Assembly: GCA_038087875.1 (NCBI GenBank)
Contig: JAXLNO010000385.1
Coordinates: 1,426,001 to 1,490,000, forward strand
DNA: 64,000 nt
Direction: 5' to 3'
From: Malacoraja senta
Taxonomy: Eukaryota
A model generated the notes under the pieces. That model was not told the origin of the DNA, ran no database searches, and worked only from the letters and a program-made list of their open reading frames with translations. Positions 11,776 to 21,676 of this stretch are shown piece by piece. Positions within the stretch are counted from its first letter, which is position 1. The number at the start of each line of letters is the position of its first letter. The position numbers and the translations under genes were made by a program.

Positions 11776-12682
11776 TCAGGGCGGGGATTTATTAATGAGC
11801 CGAAGCACTGAGGTGAGCGGATATTTCACCGCGCTCTTCACTTGCTCCCTGAACTTGGACTGGGTCACCGCGTAAATAAATGTGTTGGTGCAGCAGCTGA
11901 GATTCCTCAGCAAAAACCCGACGTGGTTAAAGATCCGTTGAGAATCATTTAGATCTTTACCAATTCCTGTGATCTGATAATAGACTACGTTTACAACCAG
12001 CGTCAGCCACAGGAGGATGAAGCTGCCGGAGATGGTGAAGAGTAAAACCATCGACCTCCTCCTGCTCTCCATCTCCGGGTCACTGCGGTTCTCCCCCTTG
12101 CTATCACCCCTCAGCCCCTTACGGACCCGACTGGCCACTAAAATGTGGCGGACAGTCAGAGCGTTGAGCAGCAGGATTACAGCGAAAGGGGAGACGGAGT
12201 TAAAACTGTGTCGATCCAGTCAAATGCCACCCATCCGGGGTCAGTGTAATAATTGTCCACCGTGTCACAGCCCCACGGGACATTGTCGATGATAAATCTG
12301 GGTTTCACTGTGAAGTAGCGGGGAACGTTTTTCAGACAGAGCAGAACGCCGGCTGTTGCCAGAGCCACAGCCGCAGTTTTCCCGCTGCAATATTTAGTTT
12401 TCAGCTTCTGGCAACAAATGGCGACAAACCGATCAAAGGTGAAAGTGACGGTGAACCAGACAGAACAGTCTGTAGCTGCAAACTTCAGTACTTCGATAAC
12501 ACTGCACACATGGGTGATGGACAGGAAACTCCAATAAAAGTAATGTAATCGGATCCAAGACAAAATGACCTCGGTGATGGCGACCAGTAGATCGGCCGCT
12601 GCCATGGCCACCAGGTAGCGAGTGGTGCAGGTGGAGAGGCCGCACCTTCCCCGGGACAGGATCACAATCGCCACTAAATTCA
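11776..12682 (-). pseudogene. GPR139/GPR142-like class A GPCR, exon 2 (TM1 end to TM7), with 1-bp frameshift at ~12190-12194
   Basis: The first ORF reads NLVAIVILSRGRCGLS…YLVAMAAADLLV…DCSVWFTVTFTFDRFVAICC…WIDTVLTP. After the frameshift it continues PFAVILLLNALTVRHILVASRVR…RRRSMVLLFTISGSFILLW…LSCCTNTFIYAVTQSKFRE…TGA. Acceptor is TTCTCGCAG|TG at 12683/12682. Exon length 907 is one base short of in-frame. Confidence 0.9.
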
Positions 12683-12928
12683 CTGCGAGAAGACAAGGGA
12701 AAGGACACTGGGCATTTACCCAACATGGTCTCCGGGGCTGAACACCGGCTCGACTTTTAGCTCAAGATCAGGTGTGTTGGAGTCGGTGCGAGGCTGCTGC
12801 AAGTTTAGCAATGTCAGAGCCGGCTCCGACTGTGCCCGACCTGCCTGCCTGCTTCAGGGGAGAAGAGATAAGGCGACGGGCGGGCGGGGTAAAGGGCGGG
12901 GAGGGAACGAGCTGCCACCCGCTATAAT

Positions 12929-13818
12929 AGGGAGGTTTCACGGCAGTCGGTTCACGACCCATGACCCGTACTGTTGCTACGCTATGCCAACTGGAGTACA
13001 CGAGATGAACTGCAGGTAAGCACTGGCCATTGGTTCCAGCGTAGAGGGCCCGTTAAAACCCGCCGATATTGTCAATTGTTGCGCTGTAAATAATTATGGA
13101 AATCGGGATAAGCGTGAGAGACATTTCAGAATTCCAAAAGTGAGGAGAAATAACGGTAGATGGAAGCGAGAGCTGAAGGGACAACAACAGCCAGAGTGCT
13201 TAGCGAACATTGGCCGTTTGCTCACTGCATTTCATCAACTAAGGCATTATTTGTGTTTTTTCTTGATTCCTTTGGCATCTAAAAAGTTTCAGAAGTGATA
13301 AATCTGGCTGTAAAATTTTGAAATCGCCCATGGTTCCCAAGTGGGTTTTTACATACAAAAAGAAAACGCCTCTGAAGCAAAAGTTGCAGCCAGATTTATC
13401 ACTTCTGAGACATATTAGATACCAAAAGAATCAAGAAAAAACACAAATAATGCCTTATTTTTGGTGTAATGCAGTGAGCAAACGCGATAATTCCCAATAT
13501 TTTCAATTCCGATATCTGCACGGCCAATGTTCGCCAAGCACGTTAGCTGTTGTTGTCCCTTCAGCTCTCGCTTCCCTTTACTTTCATTTCGCTTCACTTT
13601 TGGAATTCTGAAGTTGGGTACATGTCTCTCACGCTAACCCCGACTTCCACAATTTTTACAGCGCACAAATTCAACATTTTGGCTGTTTTTAACAGGTAGG
13701 AAAGTACGCGTTTCTTGCATTAATAACATATACCGGAAGTTACGGATGTCCTCCAGATGGATTGAGCGGCTCCGTGCGTCAAGCCGTATGACCCAGTGAC
13801 CTTACGCGCACACACCCT
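12929..13818. mobile_element. Non-autonomous DNA transposon remnant (ISL2EU/Kolobok-like) with two convergent THAP-domain relics
   Basis: AT|AGGG…CCCT|AT termini. The plus strand at ~13070-13235 gives VNCCAVNNYGNRDKRERHFRIPKVRRN…KRELKGQQQPECLANIGR. The minus ORF 13415..13597 gives KRELKGQQQLTCLANIGRADIG…YRVCSLHY (THAP C..H). The two halves are inverted repeats of each other. Confidence 0.65.
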
Positions 13819-14560
13819 ATAGACGCAATGGTCCTTTCTATTGTGAACCCTGCTGCTGCTCACAGTCTCTGATTGGGCCGCTTTCACAGACATAACCCGT
13901 GAGCGGCCGGCCGCGTTTAACCACGGCTTTGGGAACTCGGCATCTGGTGGGGACGGGTAGACTTCCAGAGGGAAGGCAGGGACAACATGGAACCCCGCAG
14001 CCGAGTGGCTCCGTTCATGGATTCATCCCACAGTGCGTTCAGTTCAGTAACAACCCACACACGCCGGTATATCCGCGGCCACTGGTCCAGGAGATGGATC
14101 CAATTATTGACCAACAGGTTGTGGGTGGAAACCGACTGTGACAGACAGACTCCACAGTGAGACACAGTGTCCACAGGAGCGGCTGTTCACTCTGATCAAT
14201 AACTCAGTCACAGTGAACTTCACAATGTAAACCCCTCTCTCCCAGTCACACCGTCCCGGAGGGCTGCCTGCCTGTCCCGAGCACTGGGACAACTCTGGGT
14301 AACGTGCCACTGAAGGCAAGAACAACATTCTAGTGGCTCCCGGCCGGCAGCAGTGAGAGAAAAAGAGACTTAGTTTCAGCTGTCTGAAAACAAGAAAAAT
14401 CACAGCAGCGTTAATTCACAAATATTTCACTGAGAGGATTGATATTCTTCACATATTCTTGTACAATGATCATCAGTTGGGAACTTGTAACATGATGAGA
14501 ATAAGTTCAATACCAGTTAACACTCGGAGTTATAAAACTTGAATTGTTCTGCTCACTTAC

Positions 14561-14636
14561 CAGGGACTCCAACGGCAGCAATGATCACGTACAGGATTTT
14601 CTCCACGGCGTAATATTCAAAAAGCTTTTCCCACAT
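14561..14636 (-). CDS. GPR139/142-like GPCR exon 1 (N-terminus and start of TM1)
   Basis: ATG at 14636 gives MWEKLFEYYAVEKILYVIIAAVGVP-G|GTAAGT (76 nt, phase 1). It splices in frame to exon 2, giving …AAVGVPVNLVAIVIL (TM1 GxPxN motif). Confidence 0.85.
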
Positions 14637-14690
14637 TTTCTCTGCCCAGCGACGTTTCCCCGTGAGCTACCGGCAGAATATTCCTGGAGA

Positions 14691-14697
14691 TTTTATA
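14691..14697 (-). promoter_or_regulatory. Putative TATA box of the GPCR gene
   Basis: TATAAAA on the minus strand ~55 nt upstream of the ATG. Confidence 0.4.
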
Positions 14698-15109
14698 CCA
14701 TTTTCCGTCTCCACCGGGACAGTGAAGTTTTAACAGAGTTTAAAAATAGAGATTTAGAAATGATTCACAAACAGATGACATCAGCCGAGTGAAATCCCTG
14801 CTGAGACAGGTCGTGATTTATTCAGGGAATTGATTGAGAAACTACAAAGACTGGGAATTGTGGCGATAGATACTGAGGGACGGAAATTGGGAGCGGCGGC
14901 ATTGTTCCAGCAAAGGGGATATTGTTTCAAACTCCATCAGATCCAACTCTCACACCTCATGTTGTTTGTCTGATTTCCTTCAATCCGTTTCACTCAGCAA
15001 GGCAATGCCAAAATCCAGGAACCCACTCAGGGCTTCTGGTGCCCAGTTTGAAGGTGGACTGGACTGGGCGACCTTTGTCCACATTGAGGAATTAGTTCAC
15101 CAGATCACC

Positions 15110-15345
15110 TCGGACTAAAAATGCCCCGCCCCCTCCTCCACTGCTTCACCACTCAATATGATCGCGGCTTCACTGACTGTGATCTCAACCCCACACTCCA
15201 GCTGACCCCGGGAACCATTCACTCCCTGCTTGCCTGGAATAGATCTGACTATAGCACGGGACAATAACATTCTCTCCTTCATCACCTCTGAAGAGGAACG
15301 ACCCAAATACTCACGACAGAGAACAGAAACATTGCCGCCTCAGAA
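15110..15345 (-). mobile_element. Old CR1 3' end remnant
   Basis: CCACTCAATATGATCGCGGCT…CTCAACCCCACACTCC…CCATTCACTCCCT resembles the reverse CR1 tail at 8950-9070. Confidence 0.5.
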
Positions 15346-15494
15346 TTGTCCTAAACCTAAATAAAACGGCGAATGATGCAGCACCTCTCCCTCCTCTCTT
15401 TCTCTCTCCCTCCATTCATACTGATGTCACTCTGAACTGTTACTCTCTCTCCTACGCTCTCTATTCCCCCTCTCTGGGCTGCTCTCTCTCCGTA

Positions 15495-15920
15495 CACTGA
15501 TGGAGTGATACACAGTGGGATAGTACTGGTGGAGGGATAAAAATGGGGCAGAACTGACGCAGTGACAAACTGTGGTGGTACTGATGGAGGGACACACTGT
15601 GGTGGTACTGATGGAGTGACACACTGTGGTGGTACTGATGGAGGGACACACTGTGGTGGTACTGATGGAGTGACACACTGTGGTGGTACTGATGAAGGGA
15701 CACACTGTGGTGGTACTGATGGAGGGACACACTGTGGTGGTACTGATGGAGGGACACACTGAGAGTTTTGATGGAGTGACACACTGTGGTGGTACTGATG
15801 GAGTGACACACTGTGGTGCTACTGATGATGAGACACACTGTGGTGGTACTGATGGAGTGACGCACTTTCGTGGTACTGATGGAGTGACACACTGTGGGGT
15901 AATACTGATGGAGTGACATA
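15495..15920. repeat. 27-bp minisatellite (ACTGATGGAG[T/G]GACACACTGTGGTGGT), ~13 copies
   Basis: Directly visible tandem units. The ORF track shows HCGGTDGGT repeats. Confidence 0.95.
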
Positions 15921-16160
15921 ATCTGGGCTAGTACTTATAGTGACAGATTTTCATATCGTTTCAAGGGTTCTTTCCTTTAGTCACTATGATTGAAGACAGG
16001 GGTTCAGGAGATAATCGAAACGTACTAACGAGCTCTCGCCGAGACATTCAATGCCGTCGAAAGGGAAATCTTCCAAACATAGTCTCTTGATTAATAATTT
16101 CTTTATTGTAGTAGCAAAAACCGTAAGATATTCATCCAAAATTCTTCTTGTATAAGTACA

Positions 16161-17155
16161 CTAGACTAAGTGGGACCCGTTGGGTCCCAGCTTCACACGA
16201 GAGGGCTGGTCCCCCAACGCAATATTCCAACTCTCCACCATTTCCAATATGGCTGGCCAGTGGGGGGGGGGGGCTTTTGGAGCGCTAACATCGGTTTTGT
16301 GCGCCGAAGGGACTGGGTTCCAGAGGGCTAGTATGGAAATTGTGGGCCGAATGGATTCTTGGGCTGGCAGCTCAGAAACTCAAGCCTGGTGGTCTGGCAG
16401 CTCAGAAACTCAGGCCTGGTGGGCTGGCAGCTCAGAAACTGCCAGAAATACTGCTGAAAACAGGTGACAGAGTCTGTGAGAGAGAACGGAGAGAGGATGG
16501 ACAATCAATTTTAGACAGTTGCATCTTATTTTACTGATCACTGCAATGAAGGAGGAAATTCTATCCTTGCGTGGAACTCTGGAGCGCTAGTATGCGTGTT
16601 GTGGGGTGAAGGGACTGGTTTCCAGAGGGCTAGTATGGACATTGTGGACTGAATTAATTCTTGGACTAGCAGTTCAGTGAGTCATGGCTGGTGGACTTGC
16701 AGTTCACTAATTCATGACTGGTGGGCTGGCACTTCAGTCACTTACAGCTGGTGTGGTGGCAGTTCAATTAGTTACCCCTCCTCCCTTCACCCCCAACTCT
16801 GCTCCATGCATTTTCCCTCCCCCCCCCCACGCATTGAGTCCATCTTCCCTCAACCTCCCCCCCATGCACTCTTAGTGGCTCTCCGACAGCGCAGCCATTC
16901 CTGCCAATTAGATACCCATTGTGGTGAAGAACACGCAGGCATGGCAAGTGGATACAATATTTTTTTAAGTTTAAAATCTGAACGAGTCTTAAAACATTGC
17001 AAGTCCAACATCACAGCACTCCAAGCAGAGTGCAGGCAGCAAGTCCAAACTCACAGCACTCCAAGCAGAGTGCAGGCAGCAAGTGCAACCTCACAGCACT
17101 CCAAGCAGAGGGCAGGCAGCAAGACCAGCCTCACGGCATTCCAAGCACTCCAACA
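16161..17155 (-). mobile_element. Helitron-like non-autonomous element (3' end at 16161) with internal 30-bp and ~42-bp tandem repeats
   Basis: The minus strand ends in a hairpin TGGGACCC-aac-GGGTCCCA (16171-16189), then CTTAGT-CTAG|T. Internal repeats are GGGCTGGCAGCTCAGAAACTCA.GCCTGGT (16360-16440) and TCACAGCACTCCAAGCAGAG.GCAGGCAGCAAG (17011-17150). The 5' boundary is uncertain. Confidence 0.6.
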
Positions 17156-17458
17156 GAGACACACACACAGAGACACACACACACAGACACACACACAAAC
17201 ACACACACAAAGACACACACACAGACACACACACATACACAGACATACGCACACAGAGACATACACAGAAACACACACACACACAGACACACACACATAG
17301 AGACACACACAGAGAGGCACACACAGAGAGGCACACACAGAGACACACACACAGGAACACACACACAGGCACACACACACACATGAACACACACACACAG
17401 GGACACACACACAAAAACAAAGACACACACACATACACACAAACACAAAGACACACAA
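17155..17458. repeat. (CA)n-rich microsatellite
   Basis: Interrupted CA repeats. Confidence 0.95.
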
Positions 17459-17654
17459 GCCCGTACGAATCTTGTCAAAATGGGGGGGGGGGTGGCATGA
17501 CAGGATTACAAAAATTTAAATGCGAAATAACATCACGAGCGCGAAGCGTGAAGTCCCTCGATGCCGGAGTTTTAGATGCTCTCTGATGCATTCTGAGCCT
17601 TATTTTGGAGCATTTTTGCACCAAATTTATGACCAATATTTCAGAAATTAACAG

Positions 17655-17896
17655 GAATCTGAGGTAGCTTTTTCACACAAAGGGTGGTGGGACTATGGAA
17701 CGAGCTGCCAGAAGAGGTAGTTAAGGCTGGGACTATCCTAATGTTTAAGAGACATTTGGACACGTACATGGATAGGACATATTTAGATGGATATGGGCCA
17801 AGCACGTGTGAGTGGGACTAATGTACATGGGACATGTTGGTCGGTGTGGGTAAGTTGGGCCGAAGGGCCTGTTTCCACACTGCATCATTCTATGAC
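17655..17896 (+). mobile_element. CR1 LINE 3' end
   Basis: FFTQRVVGLWNELPEEVV-coding sequence followed by GGGCCGAAGGGCCTGTTTCCACACTG…CTATGACT. Confidence 0.85.
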
Positions 17897-18044
17897 TAAA
17901 AAGTTAAGACGAAAAATGCATGTAGATAAGTAGAGCAGATTTGAAAGAGGAGTGAAATGTAAAGGCAGAGAGAGGTTTATGGGTGGAAAGGAACATAGGA
18001 AAGGACGGGGAGGGTGGGCCTGGGCAGATGGGTGAAAGGAAAAT

Positions 18045-18165
18045 AGACATAAAGTGCTGGATAACTCAGTGGGTCAGGCAGCATCTGTGGAGTACATAGA
18101 TAGGTGACGTTTCACATAGTGCTGGAGTAACTCAGTGCGTCAGGCAGCATCTCTGGAGAAAAGGT
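18045..18165 (+). repeat. Penelope-type terminal repeat fragment, duplicated
   Basis: Two copies of GTGCTGGA(G)TAACTCAGTG.GTCAGGCAGCATCT.TGGAG. A related reverse piece is at ~19635-19670. Confidence 0.55.
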
Positions 18166-18174
18166 ATAGATTAT

Positions 18175-19398
18175 GGTACCCGGACGTGGCGCCGACAGAC
18201 AAGAAGCTAAAGCAAAGAAGTCGAAGCCAAAGAACGGAATGGAAACGAGGCCGAAACGCCAATAAACCGAAAGAGTCCGAAGATGAAACGCCTACTACCC
18301 GAAAGGATGCGACGCCTACATGTAAACTAACCGAAAGGGCAGGACGCCTAAACCCAAGGAACCGAAAAGCTGCGTCGCCTAAAAGCAAACTTACCGAATG
18401 GCTGCTCAGTCGAAACGCCACCTACCCGAAAGGCGGCGTCGCCTACACGCCAATGGACCAACTGCCGCTCAACAGAAAAGTCTAATAACGGACTTGACGT
18501 TCCGGAGGGGCGGGACTTGTCAGCGATTGGTCCAGACCCCCGCGTCCATCACATCACTGTGAAGGCATGAACATTGTCCCAAACCTCCGCTCCATCCGAC
18601 CCGCAGCCCGCGGAGGGTGGCCGTGGGAGAGCGGGGCTGTCCCGAGCGATGCGCACCTTCGGCCGCTTTCAACGGTGCTTGGCTTCAGACTGCCCAGTCA
18701 CCTATGGCTTGTGTGGGGAAATGAACCCCACGCTCCCGTCTCCCACTTCTCTCTCCGCCTCTCTCTCTCCCCCTTCTCTCTGCTCTCTCTCTTCTCTCCC
18801 CTCTTTTCTCTCCCCGCCTTCTCTCCCCTCTTCTCTCTCCCCCCACTCTCCCCTTTCCCTCTCTCTCCGCCCCCTCTCTCTCTCCTCCGTCTCCACCCAC
18901 AGTCACTGAACCGCGTCGGAGGGAGGGGGAGGGGGGATCACCCTGGTGTGAGGGTTGGGGTCTGGTGGTGGTGCATCGCGGTCAGTGACTGTGGGAAGGG
19001 AGAGGGGGGAGGGGAGAGAAGGGGGAGAGAGAAACGGGAGAGAGAAAGAAGGGAGTGGGGGAAGAGAGGAGGGCAAGAGAGAGGAGGAGAGAGGGAAGAG
19101 TGGAGAGAGAGTAGGAGAGAGAGAAGAGAGGGGAGAGAGAAGGGAGAGAGAGAGGGGGGAGAGAGAGAAGAGGCGAGAGAGGAGGGGGAGACGGGAGCGT
19201 GGGATTCATTTTCCAACACACGCCATAGGTGACTGGGCAATCTGAACCCAAGCACCAATATAAAGCGGCCGAAGGTGTGCATTGCTCGGGACAGCCAATA
19301 CTCTCCCACGGCCACCCTCTGCGGGCTGCGGGTCGGGTGGAGCGGAGGTTTGGGATAATGTTCATGCCCTCACAGTGATGTGTTGGACGCGGGGGTCT
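18175..19398. mobile_element. Foldback-type DNA transposon remnant: 15-16-bp periodic subterminal array plus long inverted repeat
   Basis: 18185-18450 alternates CGCCTA and CCGAA motifs every ~15-16 nt. Inverted arms 18534-18915 and 18977-19398 flank a ~60-bp spacer. Confidence 0.6.
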
Positions 19399-19399
19399 A

Positions 19400-20010
19400 T
19401 TAGATCATCCCTCATCCTCCTGTGCTCCATGAAATAGAGTCCCAGCCTACTCAACCTCTCCCTTTAGCTCTGGCCCTCTAGTCCGGGCAACATCCTCGTA
19501 CATTTTCACTGTACCCTTTCCAGTTTGATGACATCTTTTCCATAACATGGTGCCCAGAACTGAATACAATACTCTGAATGCGGCCTCGCCAACTTCTTAT
19601 GCAACTGCAACATCACCTCCCAACTTTTATACTCAGCCTGGCCCGCTGAGTTACTCCAGCACTCTGTGAAACATCATAGAACAGGGCAGGATTAGCACGT
19701 TTGCTGATAATACGGAAGTGAGTTGTTTTGCAGATAGTGAAGATGGTTGTGAAAGATTGAAGCAAGATCTGGATCAATTAGCCAGGTGGGCAGAGGAATG
19801 GTTGATGGTTCCTTGAAGGTCGAGTCGCAGGTACATCAGGTGGTCAAAAGGTATTTTGGAACTATGGCTTTCATCAGTCAGTGTATTGAGTATTGAAGTT
19901 GGGAGGTCATGTTGCAGTTGTATAAGATGTTGGTGAGAATGCATTTAGAATATTGTGTTCAGTTCTGGGCACCGTGTTATAGGAAAGATGTCAAACTGGA
20001 AAGAGTACAG
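19400..20010. mobile_element. Two CR1 fragments in opposite orientation
   Basis: 19400-19635 (minus) encodes LEYCIQFWAPCY-like sequence. 19685-20010 (plus) has ISTFADNT…DLDQLARWAEEW… and [27 protein letters not shown]. Confidence 0.8.
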
Positions 20011-21015
20011 AGATCCCCATCCTGGATCAGTCCAATCAGGCATTGTCGTTCCACAAACTTGAGATGCTTGACAGAGGTGTCTGTGGAGGTGCAGTCATTG
20101 GTGTAGCGAGAGTAGAGGAGAGGGTTGATTACGCATCCTTGCGGTGCTCCTATGCTGAGCGTTTGCGGATCCGGGATGTGCTTTCCCAACCTCACATGCT
20201 GCTTCCCGTCTGTCAGGAAGCTGGAGATCCACCGACAGAGGGGTTCAGGCACAGTCAACTCAGAATGTTTGGAGCGTAGTAGCTCTGGCACAATGGTGTT
20301 GAATGCAGAGCTAAAATCAACAAACAAAATCCTCGCATAGGTCTAGGTGCTGGAGGATGAAGTGCAGGCCCAGATTGACTGCGTCATCCACAGATCTATT
20401 GGGCCAATATGCAAACTGCAGAGAGTCCATCAGGGGGATTGTTATATTTTTCAGCTTGGCCAGCACAAGCCTTTTCAAGGGTCTTGATTACTACAGAGTT
20501 CAGTGCGACAGTCATTGAGACAAGTAATCCTTGCCTTTTTGGGTACAGGGAATACAGGGACTGGTTAAAAATGAGTAATTGGGTGAAAAGTGGCGATTGG
20601 AGTGGGGTGGGTGGAGAAGGGCCCAGTCTTTGCAGACTGAGGTCAGGCTGTGAGTGGGTGTCAAATATTGGTTGGGGTGGGAAAAGGTCCATTCTTTTCA
20701 TACTGGAGTTTTGCCTTAAGAAGTTGTGAAGTGGGGAATGGGAAGGAGAGAATGCAGGGTCCATTATTTGCAGACTGGGGTCTGGCTGTGTTTGTTGGGG
20801 AGGGGTTAGCAGGGTTCCGTTTCTGATTTTCAAACCTGCAGTAAAACTCATTCAGGTCGTTGCTCAGCTGACGATTGTCCAAAGAGCGGGGGGCTTTCCT
20901 CTTATAGTTTGGTAATTTCTTGCATGCCCTTCCAAACTGAAGAAGAGTCAATAACTGAGAACTTGCTCCTCAACTTCCCAAAGTAACTTTCCTTGGCAGC
21001 TCAGATTCCTCTTCT
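20010..21015 (-). mobile_element. Rex1/Babar LINE RT fragment (degenerate)
   Basis: LFVDFSSAFNTIVP…WISSFLTDGKQHVRLG…[20 protein letters not shown] and LSNDLNEFYCRFE motifs are diagnostic of Rex1/Babar. Confidence 0.88.
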
Positions 21016-21676
21016 CAGCTCTTTATCGATTAGGCTACCTTTTAACTCTTTAACTATTAGGCTATCGGCTCGACGCATATTTGCCCCCACCCCCTTCATC
21101 TCGAAATGGAAATGTTACATCTATATATAATGATCACATTCTATGGAATTCATGTTTCAATATTGTTATCAAGGAAAAGGAGTTCCAATTGTTTGATATT
21201 GTTTAATATTATTTATATGGAGGAGAAAATATAATAGCTCAAAAACCTACCATTATTTTGTAATGTCACTAAAGATAATCCCCCTTTCCCTCTGCCCTCC
21301 ACCACTCTCTCCCTCCACATCTCTCTCTCTCCCCTACCCTACCGTCCTTCACCTCTCCCTCTCCCCTCTCATCCCTCCCCTCTCACATTCTCCCCTCTTT
21401 TACCTTCCTCCCTCCCACGCAGTGTTGGAGGGCCCGCTGCGGGGGTGAGGCGAGATGCGAGGACGCGCTGCGGGGGGGCGGAGAAAGGCGTGGGCCCGGC
21501 GGTAGTGGGGGTGGCGTGGGCCGAAGATGGCGTGGGCCGAGCGGGGGGGTGGTGTCGTGCGCCCGGCGGCGGCGTCTGTTTTCGAGGTTACGGCCGCTGA
21601 CAGTCGTTCCCACTCTCGCCAGGCGACGGGAAAACGATGGCGTGGGCGGAAGATGGAGTGGGCTCAGAGGGGGGAG

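Noticed and set aside
14029..14235. Cluster of CACAGTG heptamers (also CACTGTG in the 27-bp minisatellite) suggesting V(D)J RSS
   Set aside because: No ACAAAAACC-like nonamer at 12/23 spacing and no V/J segment nearby.
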